From an uncultured Chthonomonadaceae bacterium (GTDB lineage Bacteria; Armatimonadota; Chthonomonadetes; Chthonomonadales; Chthonomonadaceae): a stretch of 64,000 bases of DNA. Location of the stretch: NCBI GenBank assembly GCA_963817895.1, contig CAWFQB010000001.1:640001-704000 (forward strand). The letters run 5' to 3'. Under the pieces are notes generated by a model. It did no database searches. It saw only the letters and a program-made list of their open reading frames with translations, and was not told the DNA's origin. Shown here one piece after another: positions 30,936 to 40,760 of the stretch. The position numbers were made by a program, and so were the translations under genes. How positions within the stretch are numbered: position 1 is the first letter of the stretch; every line of letters starts with the position of its first letter.

Positions 30936-31922
30936 TCAGTCCTGCTTCGCCAGCCAGTCTTCGACTTCTGCCAGCGTCTTGAAGTCGAACAAGGCATAAC
31001 CGAGTTCATCCAACTGCGGTGCAGATAAGCCCTGTAGTCGTGTCTGCAACTTCGTGGATAGAGTGCCAAACCGACGTTGCATTTGACCAAGAAGCAGTTT
31101 TGCCTTACCTTCCTGCAAGCCTTCTTGTCGGCCTTCTTGTCGGCCTTCCGACCACCAACTGCTTACCATTTTCTCTTTCTCCTTCTCTATTTGCGGCAGT
31201 TTTGCAATTGCCTGATCATACTGACGCTGCTCCTCATTGTTAAGTCTCAAGTAGCGGTCAACAAACAGGAAAATCAATTGCGATTTGGCGGGGTCAAGTT
31301 TGAGCGTCAACAGCAGACGCAGGCATTGCAGTTTCACCTTCGGCCTGTCCGCAGGCGCAATCTTCATCTTCGCCATGAGCGCGGTCGCTGCGGGGTTGGG
31401 CTGTTTGACGTACTTGCGCCAACCGATGCGATTCAACTGAATGACGCGATACTGAAAGCGATTGACCACGAAGCCGGGGAACTCAATCACATGCTGTTTC
31501 GGCTCCGGGCGCAAAGGCGTATCGTAGGAGAAGATGACGACGGGATAGACCGGCAGATTGTACTTCTCATACAGTCGGGCGAAGTACCGGAACATGCGCT
31601 TGGGGAACCCCGATTTGGCGGTAGATTGGTTCTCGATGTGGATCAGAAAGAACGCTTCAAAGGGAGTATCTTGTGCTTGTTCTGCGGTTACTGTATTTGC
31701 AAACGCGGCAGGAATTTGCTTGAAGCGCACTTTCACGACAATATCTACCTCGTGCTTGTCGCTCGAAGCAACATCGGTAAACACCTCCTTGTCCAGAAGT
31801 TCATAGTAGGAGGTGTCTATATACGCGAACACATCCGGCAGGAACGCGGCCACGAACTCGAAAAAGAAGTTCGTCAGCAGTTCCTTGAACATTTTGTCAT
31901 GGTCTACGGTTTCGAGGTTCAT
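30936..31922 (-). CDS. Rpn/YhgA-like PD-(D/E)XK protein with DUF4351-type C-terminus
   Basis: DHDKMFKELL, VDIVVK, LIHIENQS, RMFRYFARL, EGRQEGRQEG, RRFGTL...LFDF...DWL. Confidence 0.88.
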   Translation of the reverse strand: MNLETVDHDKMFKELLTNFFFEFVAAFLPDVFAYIDTSYYELLDKEVFTDVASSDKHEVDIVVKVRFKQIPAAFANTVTAEQAQDTPFEAFFLIHIENQSTAKSGFPKRMFRYFARLYEKYNLPVYPVVIFSYDTPLRPEPKQHVIEFPGFVVNRFQYRVIQLNRIGWRKYVKQPNPAATALMAKMKIAPADRPKVKLQCLRLLLTLKLDPAKSQLIFLFVDRYLRLNNEEQRQYDQAIAKLPQIEKEKEKMVSSWWSEGRQEGRQEGLQEGKAKLLLGQMQRRFGTLSTKLQTRLQGLSAPQLDELGYALFDFKTLAEVEDWLAKQD

Positions 31923-31964
31923 GCCAATATTGTACCCAACTGCAGTCGTCCTGCGGAATTCCTG

Positions 31965-33539
31965 TCAATCTTTTGCAGGCAGCAGGGAGGCGTGAAGCGC
32001 GTCATGGACGTTGTTGACGCCGACCACTTTGATGCCGTCGAGTTTGGGCAGTTTGCCCGCGTTGTGGCGCGAAATCACGGCTTTGGTGAAGCCCTGCCGC
32101 GCGGCTTCTTTCAGGCGTTTTTCGATCTGCGACACGGCGCGGATTTCTCCCGCCAGTCCCACTTCGCCCAACAGTATTGTCGTTGGTTCCACCGCCTGTT
32201 CGCGGAAGTTGGACGCGATGGCAACGGCTGTCGCCAGATCGGACGCGGGTTCCACAATGCGGATTCCGCCCGCCACATTCACAAACACGTCCTGCTCGGC
32301 GATTTTCAGGCCCACGCGCTTTTCCAGAACCGCTAAAATCATGTTGACGCGGTTCGGGTCCATGCCCGTGACGACGCGGCGCGGGCTGGCAAGGTTGGAA
32401 CGGGCGACCAATGCCTGCACTTCCACCAGCAGGGCGCGCGAACCCTCCAGGGTACTGGCAACGGCAGACCCAGTGCCGCCCTCCGCCCGCTCTGAGAGCA
32501 GGACGGCGCTCGGATTGTCCACGCCGATAAGCCCGTTCTCGTGCATCTCGAAAATGCCCAGTTCGTCGGTAGACCCGAACCGGTTTTTCGCCGCCCGCAG
32601 CAGGCGGTAAGCGTGATGCCGGTCGCCCTCGAAATACAGAACCGTGTCTACGATATGCTCCAGACACGCGCGGCCCGGCCAGATTGCCCTCTTTGGTGAC
32701 GTGTCCGATTAGGACAATCGGCACATGAACCGTTTTGGCGAACCGGGCCAGATGCGTGGCGCATTGCCGTATCTGCGTGACGGTTCCGGGCGCGCTGTCC
32801 AGACTGGAATCCGACATGGTTTGAATACTGTCAATCACGGCAAGGGCGGGGCGCGTGGTTTCCAGATGGTGCAGTATCACGCCGATTTCCGTTTCCACGC
32901 TGACCAGAAAGTTCGGGCTTTCCGCTCCCAACCGCGCGCTGCGCAACCGGATCTGCTGCGCGCTCTCTTCCCCGGAGATGTACAACACGCGGTTGGAAGT
33001 TGATGGTTGTGTCGTTCTCCGGGTGGATGCCCGGGTTGAGAGTGCTTCCCTTGCGCATTGGACGCAAGGTTGGGGAGGGCGCAATGAATTGCGCGCCTAC
33101 GTTTTTCCCTTTTCCCTTTTGTTCCTTGCCGTCAGTAGTTTCCGCTTGAACATTTGCGGCAATGCAATACGCAACCTGGCTCAACAATGTAGACTTTGCC
33201 GATACCCGGATCTCCACCGACGAGCATCAATCCACCGGGTACGATGCCGCCGCCCAACACGCGGTCGAACTCGCCGATGCCGCTGGAAAGCCGCGCCTGT
33301 CTGGTCATTTCGACTTCGGTAATCGGGATGGGCATACCGCTTGTCGTCGGCACAATTCCCCTGCCTGCCGAACTGAAACTCGCGATGCTGCCCGCTTTGC
33401 CTGCGCTGCCCGCTTTTTCCTTGACCGTCACTTCCTCGGTAAACGAGTCCCACGAGTCGCAGTCCGGGCATTTGCCCATCCACTTCGGTGACTCGTAGCT
33501 ACAGTTCTGACAGATGTATTTTGTTTGTAATCTTGCCAT
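31965..33539 (-). CDS. radA: DNA repair protein RadA/Sms; apparent frameshifts and a ~50-codon insertion
   Basis: CQNC..KWMGKCPDC, GGDPGIGK, LYISGEES, IDSIQT, GHVTKEG, KNRFG, EVQALV, GEVGLAGEIR. Confidence 0.95.
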
Positions 33540-33586
33540 AACACTTTACACTTCAATCTGACAGGTGAAAACAGGAAGCCGAAACG

Positions 33587-34964
33587 CTAATCTTCCTTGT
33601 CCTTTTCTTTGTTTTCCACTTTGCGGGCGTCGATGCGGATGGGTGTGCCTTCCAGCGGGTATTTCAGCGCGCAGTTGGTTTTCCAGATAGCGCTGGTAGG
33701 AGAAGTGCAGCATGTTCGGCGTCGTTGCAGAACAGCACGATGGTCGGCGGCTGAACGCGGGGCATCGTCGCATAGTACACTTTGAACGTGCGCCCATGAT
33801 CCATAAGCGGGCGGCGCTCGGTGGCGTCGCGAATAATGCGGTTCAGTTCGCCGGTCGGGATGCGGTGCGCGTGGTTCTGCGCGGCCGTGATCGCCGTTTC
33901 AATGGCGTAGCGAACGCCGAAACGTTCCTGCGCGGACACGAACACGAGCGGCGCATAGTCCAGAAACGGGCAGTCCTTGCGGAACCGCTCGGTAAACTTT
34001 TCGATTTTGTCGCGGTCGGGATGCCGCTGCCGCCCCTTCTCATAAACCACGCCGGGATCAACTAAGTCCCACTTGTTCACGACCATGATGCAGGCGCGTC
34101 CCGCCTCCTGCGCCATGCCCGCCACGCGCTTATCGCCGTCCAGCATCCCCGCGCTGCCGTCCATGACGACCATGCCGACATTGCTGCGCTCCAGCGCGGT
34201 TTGCGCCCGCATCACCATGTAGTATTCGACCGTCCCCTGAATTTTGCCGCTGCGCCGGATGCCCGCCGTGTCCAGCAGGACCAGTTTCTGCCCGTCCCAC
34301 TCCAACTGGGTATCAATGGTGTCGCGGGTCGTGCCGGGAATCGGGCTGACGATCACGCGCTCCTCGCCCAGAATCGCGTTCAGCAGGCTGGACTTGCCGA
34401 CGTTGGGACGCCCGATGATGGCAAGCCGGATCGCATCCTCGTCTTCCTCTTCGCGGTCGAAATCGGCGGGCAGAAGTTTGACAACTTCATCCAGCAAATC
34501 GCCGACGCCGATGCCGTTGCAGCGCGGAAATGGTATGCATGTCGCCCAGTCCCAGCGCGTAAAACTCCGCCGCGTCCTGCATCAGGCGGGGATTGTCGGT
34601 TTTGTTGACGACGAGCAGAACCGGGCGTTTGGAAGCGCGCAGCACGTCGGCCAATTCCTGATCCGTGCCGGTCATGCCGTCGGCGGCGTCCACGACGAAC
34701 AGAATGACTTCGGCCTCTTCCATCGCGATTTCGGCCTGAGCCCGCACCTGCAGCGCGAGCGGGTCGGTTTCATTGAGAATGATGCCGCCGGTATCAATGA
34801 CGGTGAATTCGTGGCCGCTGCCATTCGACATTGTGGTACAGGCGGTCGCGCGTGATGCCGGGCGTGTCTTCCACAATGGCGACGCGCCGCCCGACAAGGC
34901 GATTAAACAGGGTAGATTTGCCGACGTTGGGCCTGCCAACGACGGCGACAAGCGGACGGGACAT
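33587..34964 (-). CDS. der: Ribosome biogenesis GTPase Der (EngA); apparent frameshifts
   Basis: Two G domains ([45 protein letters not shown]) and KH-like tail (YLENQLR, GTPIR). Confidence 0.96.
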
Positions 34965-34980
34965 AAGTTTCTCCAATTGC

Positions 34981-35058
34981 CGATTTGCGATTTTCGATTG
35001 ACGATTTTGGCTTGCATAGCTTCTAATCGTCAATCGAAAATCGTCAATCGAAAATCGC
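34981..35058. repeat. Inverted heptamer arrays (CGATTTT/CGATTGA units) just upstream of der
   Basis: cgattttcgattgacgatt ... aatcgtcaatcgaaaatcgtcaatcgaaaatcg. Confidence 0.8.
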
Positions 35059-35466
35059 CTGTCCCGTGTCCGCGCGGCAGAGGTGGCGGCGAGGTTAGAG
35101 CGGGGACGAGGCGAGGCGGCGCGAGCGCCGCAAAAGATGTGTTTTCAAAGTGAGTGTTTGCTTCACGGTTGAATGTTGTTCGGGTTGGTTGACCAGCTGA
35201 GCGATTACATGAGCGTTTGCGTTTTTCGGTGTTCGACTTGTTTGCAACGGAATGTGAACATTTCAGTGGCAGGCGCGTTGGTCGCGCCACACTATTGATT
35301 GTACCATTAACCGCCTGTATCGTCAACTCAGGCTGCTTGACCTGCATCGTTACGGCATGACAGGGCGCGGCAGTACCTTCTACAATTTGTCCTTTTTGTA
35401 TCCCAATCTGTCATGCCGCTGTTCTCTGGTATCGGAGGCTTTTTGCCGACTGCGGAACAGGCGGAA

Positions 35467-35628
35467 CTATTTGCCGACGCGTTGAGCCTGTTTGCGGGCG
35501 CGGAGGCGCGTGGGCGGCACGCTCCATGCTCTGGGTTCCGCGCCGGACGGGCGAAACGTGAGCAGGTGCCTATCCAGCGAACGGCGCAAAGTCGTAGTGG
35601 CGTGTCTGGTTATGGCGCGAACAGGCAT
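35467..35628 (-). CDS. Candidate 53-aa basic small protein
   Basis: GGAGG 9 nt before ATG; MPVRAITRHATTTLRRSLDRHLL...RKQAQRVGK*. Confidence 0.4.
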   Translation of the reverse strand: MPVRAITRHATTTLRRSLDRHLLTFRPSGAEPRAWSVPPTRLRARKQAQRVGK

Positions 35629-35737
35629 GGTAACAAACCTCCAGTATCCCTTTCACGGGCAGAGAACGCGATGATGAGGTTGATTGTTGGCTGCATGGCC
35701 GGCTTTCTTGAGCGCGCGAAAACTTGTTAAAAACGCA

Positions 35738-35778
35738 AACCGCCTGCCACAACGCTAATCTGTTGCGGCAGGCGGTTT
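35738..35778 (-). terminator. Hairpin downstream of the lipoprotein gene
   Basis: aaaccgcctgcc...ggcaggcggttt. Confidence 0.65.
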
Positions 35779-35834
35779 GTCATCCCTATGCGGTTTTGGC
35801 GGCGCGTTTTTCGCAACCGGGAAAGCCGGAGTGA

Positions 35835-37001
35835 TTACGGTTGTAGTGGCCCGTCATTGCCATTGCCTCCATCGTGGCCTGCCGGTCCATGTCCCGGCAT
35901 GTCCTGCTTCAGCAGCACCGCGCTGGCGGTCAGCGTCTGGCCGGGCGTGTCGAACGCGCCCTGAACGCCAATCACGCTGCCGACCGTGACATTGGCAAAT
36001 GTACCCTGCGACTGCCGTCCGTTGGGGAAGCGGGTTGTGGAAGTAGTCTTTACCGTGATGGTTCCGCCCGTCGGCAGGAAGTGTTCCGCGCCCGCAATGG
36101 TCAGCGTGAAGCTGTTGTTACTCGTGTCCACGCTGGCGACGGTTCCCCGCACCTGGGCGCGCGGAATGGTAGTGTAGTCGTTCAGCACGACCGAAGTTGC
36201 CGTAAGCGTTTGTGTGGAAGCATCGAAAGCGCCATCTACCGCCACGCTCTGGCCGTTGGCAAGCGCGATTGCGCTTCCGGTTTGCCCGCTGGTAATCGTG
36301 GTCGTACTCGTCAGCGCGACGGTAATCGTTTTTCCATTTGGACCCTGGAGGGTGAAGCCGGTTGTGCCATTCAGGTTGGCGACCGTACCCATGAGATGTC
36401 CGCCCCGCGCTTTTGTGCCGATCATGCCGCCATCGCCACACGCGATCTGTGGACGCAGGACGCTGCCGACGAGTTTGAATTCCGCCAGTTTGAAGTCTAC
36501 CAGAACCGTCGCGGTTTGTCCTGCCTGTACTTTGGTGGGCGTGGGAACCACAAGGGCGATCTGGCCGTTGGCGTCCGTGCCGAGCGTAGTGTCTACGGCT
36601 GTACTTGTGCTGGTTCCGTCCTGCGCGACGAGCGTAATGTGGTCGCCGAACGTGACGCGGGCACTGGTATAGGTTCCCGTCGGCACATTCACGGTAGAAA
36701 GCAGTTGCGCAGTGCTGGAAAGCGCGCTGAAATCAATGGTCTGTCCCGCGTCGCTGGCGTACACGGTCGTGTAGTTGGTTCCATCGGTCGAAAGTTCGAT
36801 CTTGTACAGGGTGACAAGCACCTGTTTGTACTGGTCGCTGAAAGCGTCCGTGATGTACACTTCGAGGGGCGCGCTGCGTCCGGTTGACGTGCCGGAACCG
36901 TCAGCAACGGGTCCACCGCCGCTGGCCCCGCCGCATCCGGGCAGAGTGGTGAGCAGAAGAGGCAGGGCAAGCGTGGCGAAAAGCCATCGAGATTGTCGCA
37001 T
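35835..37001 (-). CDS. Lipoprotein with DUF4382-like domain and two DUF5666-like repeats
   Basis: Lipobox LPGC; VYITDA...VPTGTYT...VLVDF; two G.V...FTL...TV....T....L..G..V.V.G repeats. Confidence 0.75.
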   Translation of the reverse strand: MRQSRWLFATLALPLLLTTLPGCGGASGGGPVADGSGTSTGRSAPLEVYITDAFSDQYKQVLVTLYKIELSTDGTNYTTVYASDAGQTIDFSALSSTAQLLSTVNVPTGTYTSARVTFGDHITLVAQDGTSTSTAVDTTLGTDANGQIALVVPTPTKVQAGQTATVLVDFKLAEFKLVGSVLRPQIACGDGGMIGTKARGGHLMGTVANLNGTTGFTLQGPNGKTITVALTSTTTITSGQTGSAIALANGQSVAVDGAFDASTQTLTATSVVLNDYTTIPRAQVRGTVASVDTSNNSFTLTIAGAEHFLPTGGTITVKTTSTTRFPNGRQSQGTFANVTVGSVIGVQGAFDTPGQTLTASAVLLKQDMPGHGPAGHDGGNGNDGPLQP

Positions 37002-37470
37002 GAGTGTTGGCAATCCTTTCCTCGCGCAAGTGTTTCCTGCGCAGCGGCAAACGGTTCGGCAACTCTACCCTTAAAAGGCGTAATCACCGGTTCGAGTCCG
37101 TTTATGAGAGTGAAAGCAGTATGCCCTGGGGTCAGGCAAGAAACCGGTCGAGCGAACTCCGGTCAAGGGAAATGAGCGCTACTCTACTATGAAACCACAG
37201 AAATGTGAAAAAATTATAAAAATTTGTAAATTTTTCGTCCACCGTAAAATTTTCAGGCTGAAGTGGTTGAAGTATGTTTCTGACGAACGCGCGAACCTCA
37301 GCGAAAGCAACATTTGAACGAACTTTGAAACGAAACCGATTATAGCCGCGTCTATACAGGAAGGGAGTTTTCATCGAAATGTTGAATAGAACCCCTGCCA
37401 TTCTTTTCATGTTTTCAACCCATACGCCCCCTTTTGCGGGCCTGTTTCTTCAGGAGGTTTCATTCTCACC

Positions 37471-37650
37471 ATGACAAAATTGCGAGACACCGCGAAAGAG
37501 GAGCAGAACCGCTCCCAAAAACTGAATCAACAGGGCAAGCGCAAAGAGACCGTCCATGCGGGCGGGACGCCCGACTTCAACGAAGCCACCGGCAAATACC
37601 TCACGCCTGCGGAAAAACTGCTGCGCAAAAATTTCAAATGGGCGAAGTAG
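37471..37650 (+). CDS. 59-aa small protein with GGTPxFNExTG motif
   Basis: AGGAGG RBS; MTKLRDTAKEE...HAGGTPDFNEATGKYL...WAK*. Confidence 0.65.
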   Translation: MTKLRDTAKEEQNRSQKLNQQGKRKETVHAGGTPDFNEATGKYLTPAEKLLRKNFKWAK

Positions 37651-37734
37651 GTATTCGGTATTCGGCTGGCTGCGATAAAGTAAACTGTCGCGCTATCGTA
37701 TTTTCCGAACACCAAACACCGAATACCGAATACC
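37651..37734. repeat. Inverted heptamer arrays (GTATTCG / CCGAATA)
   Basis: gtattcggtattcgg ... ccgaacaccaaacaccgaataccgaatacc. Confidence 0.7.
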
Positions 37735-37745
37735 GGGAGACAATC

Positions 37746-37944
37746 ATGCCTGAATTGACGCCGGAACAGAAGAAACTCATTGACGCCAAAATCGAGAAAG
37801 ACGGACTGAACGAGTTTGGCGATCCCAAAGGAACCGATGTACATGGGCGGAACCCCGCTGTTCAATGAAATGACGGGGGATCAACTGGATCGTTATCAAT
37901 ACATCGTCGGCAAGCACCCCGATTGGCTGCCGCAGTCGAAATAG
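37746..37944 (+). CDS. ~65-aa small protein with GGTPxFNExTG motif; one apparent extra base near 37836
   Basis: MPELTPEQKK...GLNEFGDPKGT / MYMGGTPLFNEMTGDQLDRYQYIVGKHPDW. Confidence 0.7.
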
Positions 37945-37951
37945 TAGGAGA

Positions 37952-38006
37952 AGATACGAGATACGAGATACAAGTGGATGCTTCTCGTATCTCGTACCTC
38001 GTATCT
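37952..38006. repeat. Inverted (AGATACG)3 arrays, same unit as 23153-23265
   Basis: agatacgagatacgagatacaag ... ctcgtatctcgtacctcgtatctc. Confidence 0.85.
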
Positions 38007-38029
38007 CCTACCTCAGAAACGAGGATTAC

Positions 38030-39830
38030 ATGCCTTCTAAATCTGTTTCTTTTACCGGACGCGCGCTGGTGGCGCTGGTATTGGCCGGGGCTGCCGTGCC
38101 GACTGTGCAGGCGTGGCGGCACAGTCATTTGGGCGTGGTCATGGCGCAGGCCGAGGCTTCGACCGGTTATGACACCGATGCGCAGTGGACGCTGCCTGAC
38201 ACGCTGGAATTACAGTTGAAACCCGGCGTCAGCAGTGACGTACTGGCCGAACTGAGCAAAAAAGTCGGCGCGAATGTCGTCTTTAACAGCGATGCGGGCG
38301 CCGAAACGGGCGTTGCCCGCGTCACGTTGCCGGACGGCGCGAATATGCAGGCGGCATTGGATGCGTTGCGCGGCGACCCGAATGTGGAAGTGGCGGACGT
38401 GGAACATCTGTACCGCGATCCCGATGTGCAGGCGGAAGAGACAAGTTTGAGCAACCCCGTCAAATCGGATGGTGACGGCAGCCGCTGGAAGCCCAACGAT
38501 CCGCGCTACGGCGAGCAGTGGAACTTTCAGGTCGTAAAGGCTGAAGAAGCGTGGGAAATCACCAAAGGCAAGGGCGTGACGGTTGCCGTGATTGATACGG
38601 GCGTAGCCTATGCCGACAGCCGCAAGGGGAAAATCGCCCGCGACTTCAAGGAGACGAAGTTCGCCAAAGGCCACGATTTTGTCAACAAGGACGACATTCC
38701 CTACGACGATCAGGGACACGGCACACACGTCGCCGGCACGATTGCGGAGAGTACGGACAACAATGAGGGCGTGGCGGGACTGGCGTTCGAGGCAACCGTG
38801 ATGCCGATCAAGGTGTTGAGCGCGCAGGGCGGCGGCACATCGGCGGATATTGGCGAAGGTATCCGGTGGGCGGCGGATCATGGCGCGAAGGTCATCAACA
38901 TGAGTCTGGGTGGGCCGTATCCCGACAAACTGATGGGTTCGGCCTGCGAGTATGCGTATAAGAAGGGCGTGACGATTGTGTGCGCGGCGGGCAATTCAGG
39001 GCGTGAGGGCGTGGGCTATCCCGCCGGGTTCCCGGAGTGCATCGCGGTATCCGCCATTGGTCCGACAAAGCAGCTGAGTTTCTACTCGTCATGGGGCAAG
39101 CAGGTAGCAATTGCCGCGCCGGGTGGCGACTCGCAGGTGGGCGGACCCGCTGAAGGCAAAATCCTGCAAAACACGGTCTTGCAGGGTAAAGACGACTACT
39201 ATGCGTTTCAGGGCACGTCTATGGCGTCGCCCCACGTCGCGGCGATTGCGGCCCTTGTCGAGTCGAAGGGCATAACCGACCCGAAGGACGTGCGCGCGGT
39301 CTTACAGAAGTCGGCGCAAAAGGTGGACGGCCCGAAAGAGAAGTATGGCGCGGGCATCGTGGACGCGGCGGGCGCGGCGAAACTGGCGGCGAATACCTAC
39401 GGCGACGGGGTTGCGCGGTTCTGGTTTGTGGTTGCCATGTTCGCGGGCTGCTATATGGTGGGCAAATCGCGCGGCCAAACAGGGTGAGCGCGACCCGTAC
39501 CCGGTCTGGACAACAGCCGCGTTCGCGTTTGGCCTGCTGTTCCCCGACTGGCTGATGGGCTATCTGGGCATGTCGTCGCACATCAACCTGATTGCGCACA
39601 GCGTTCTGGTTCCCGCCGGATTGCTGCTGTTGGGCGCAAAGGGCAAGGACGAACTGCGCTGCCTGGGCTGGCTGTCGTTCGGCCTGACCCTGCATCTCGG
39701 CTGGGAGTTCCTGCGCCATACGGTTCCGATGGGCGTGGATTTAGGAATGTTGCCGTCCCTCGCGTGGATGGGGGGCAACGTGGTTATTGGGTTGGGCATG
39801 TGGCTCACTGGTCTGACTGCCAAAGACTAA
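38030..39830 (+). CDS. S8 (subtilisin-like) serine protease with C-terminal membrane domain; apparent frameshift near 39480
   Basis: VIDTG, HGTHVAG, AAGN, GTSMASPHVA; signal peptide; hydrophobic helices in 39345-39830. Confidence 0.9.
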
Positions 39831-39897
39831 TCATCTTATGCCTGTCAATCTCCAACCGCGCACATAAAAGCCGCCAATGTTGGCAAGCAGTACAATC

Positions 39898-39937
39898 AAG
39901 AAAGGAGGCGGGCAGAATGTTGCCCGCCTCCTTTCTT
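39898..39937 (+). terminator. Intrinsic terminator-like hairpin
   Basis: aagaaaggaggcgggca...tgcccgcctcctttctt. Confidence 0.75.
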
Positions 39938-39938
39938 G

Positions 39939-39967
39939 TTGACAGTCAAGTCAGCCTTTGTTATAAT
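39939..39967 (+). promoter_or_regulatory. Consensus sigma70 promoter with extended -10
   Basis: TTGACA-17 nt-TATAAT, with TG at the extended -10 position; AAGGAG before ATG 40015. Confidence 0.85.
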
Positions 39968-40014
39968 GATTGTCGGAGCAGGTAATTTGTGAGTAGGCTT
40001 GATAAGGAGAAATT

Positions 40015-40446
40015 ATGCAGCAACTAGAACTTAGCCGTCAGGAGATCGGACAGCGGGGCGAAGAACTGTATCGGCAGCACATCCGGCAGCAGGTGGAAAC
40101 CGAAGCCAATATCGGGAAAATGGTTATCATTGACATAGACAGTGGCGACTTCGAGGTGGGAGATAACATTGCTATCGAGGCAACACGACAATTAAGGGAC
40201 AGGCATGCCGATGGCAGATTTTATGGTATCAAGATTGGTTACAATGTTACGGCGTCTTTTGGCGGCGGAATGGAGCGAACAACGCCTATGATCGCGAATC
40301 AAACGACGCCTTACGCGGCGATTGTACCGGAAGTCAATGCCTCATTACATGCTGAGACACACATTCCGCTGGTTCGCGTAATGGAAGAGGGGTTGGCAAA
40401 GCGGCTTGTCAAAACGGTTGTCGAGGACGCCAACGCCGAAATATGA
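40015..40446 (+). CDS. Hypothetical protein
   Basis: EIGQRGEELY...GKMVIIDIDSGDFEV; strong promoter and RBS. Confidence 0.7.
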   Translation: MQQLELSRQEIGQRGEELYRQHIRQQVETEANIGKMVIIDIDSGDFEVGDNIAIEATRQLRDRHADGRFYGIKIGYNVTASFGGGMERTTPMIANQTTPYAAIVPEVNASLHAETHIPLVRVMEEGLAKRLVKTVVEDANAEI

Positions 40447-40513
40447 GTATAGTTCCTTCTGATTGTTGGTCATAGAACATTGCAGCCGGACATGTATTTG
40501 TCCGGCTTTTTTA

Positions 40514-40558
40514 CCTCACCCCAACCCTCTCCTTGCCGCGCAACGCGCTAGGAGAGGG
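40514..40558. repeat. CCCTCTCC...GGAGAGGG palindromic repeat
   Basis: cctcaccccaaccctctcct-N-aggagaggg. Confidence 0.6.
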
Positions 40559-40760
40559 AGCAGATGCTTCAATGCGATAAATTGTGCGTTGAGGCGGGAA
40601 GGTGAATATGCAATTCAAGTAGGAAGCGAACAGAAACAAGTTTCGGCGCGTCAGACAAGGGAATGGTAGCCGAAGGCGCGTTCCGCCGTTTCTATGCAGT
40701 GACACCGCGCAACCTCAATGCGGACTTCCTTTGGATACTGTGATGTGAACGGAGAACTTT

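Noticed and set aside
37040..37110. tRNA (GGTTCGAGTCC T-loop-like motif) or c-di-GMP riboswitch upstream of the lipoprotein
   Set aside because: No acceptor stem or proper D/anticodon arms; riboswitch consensus incomplete; a tRNAscan-SE/Infernal hit would overturn this
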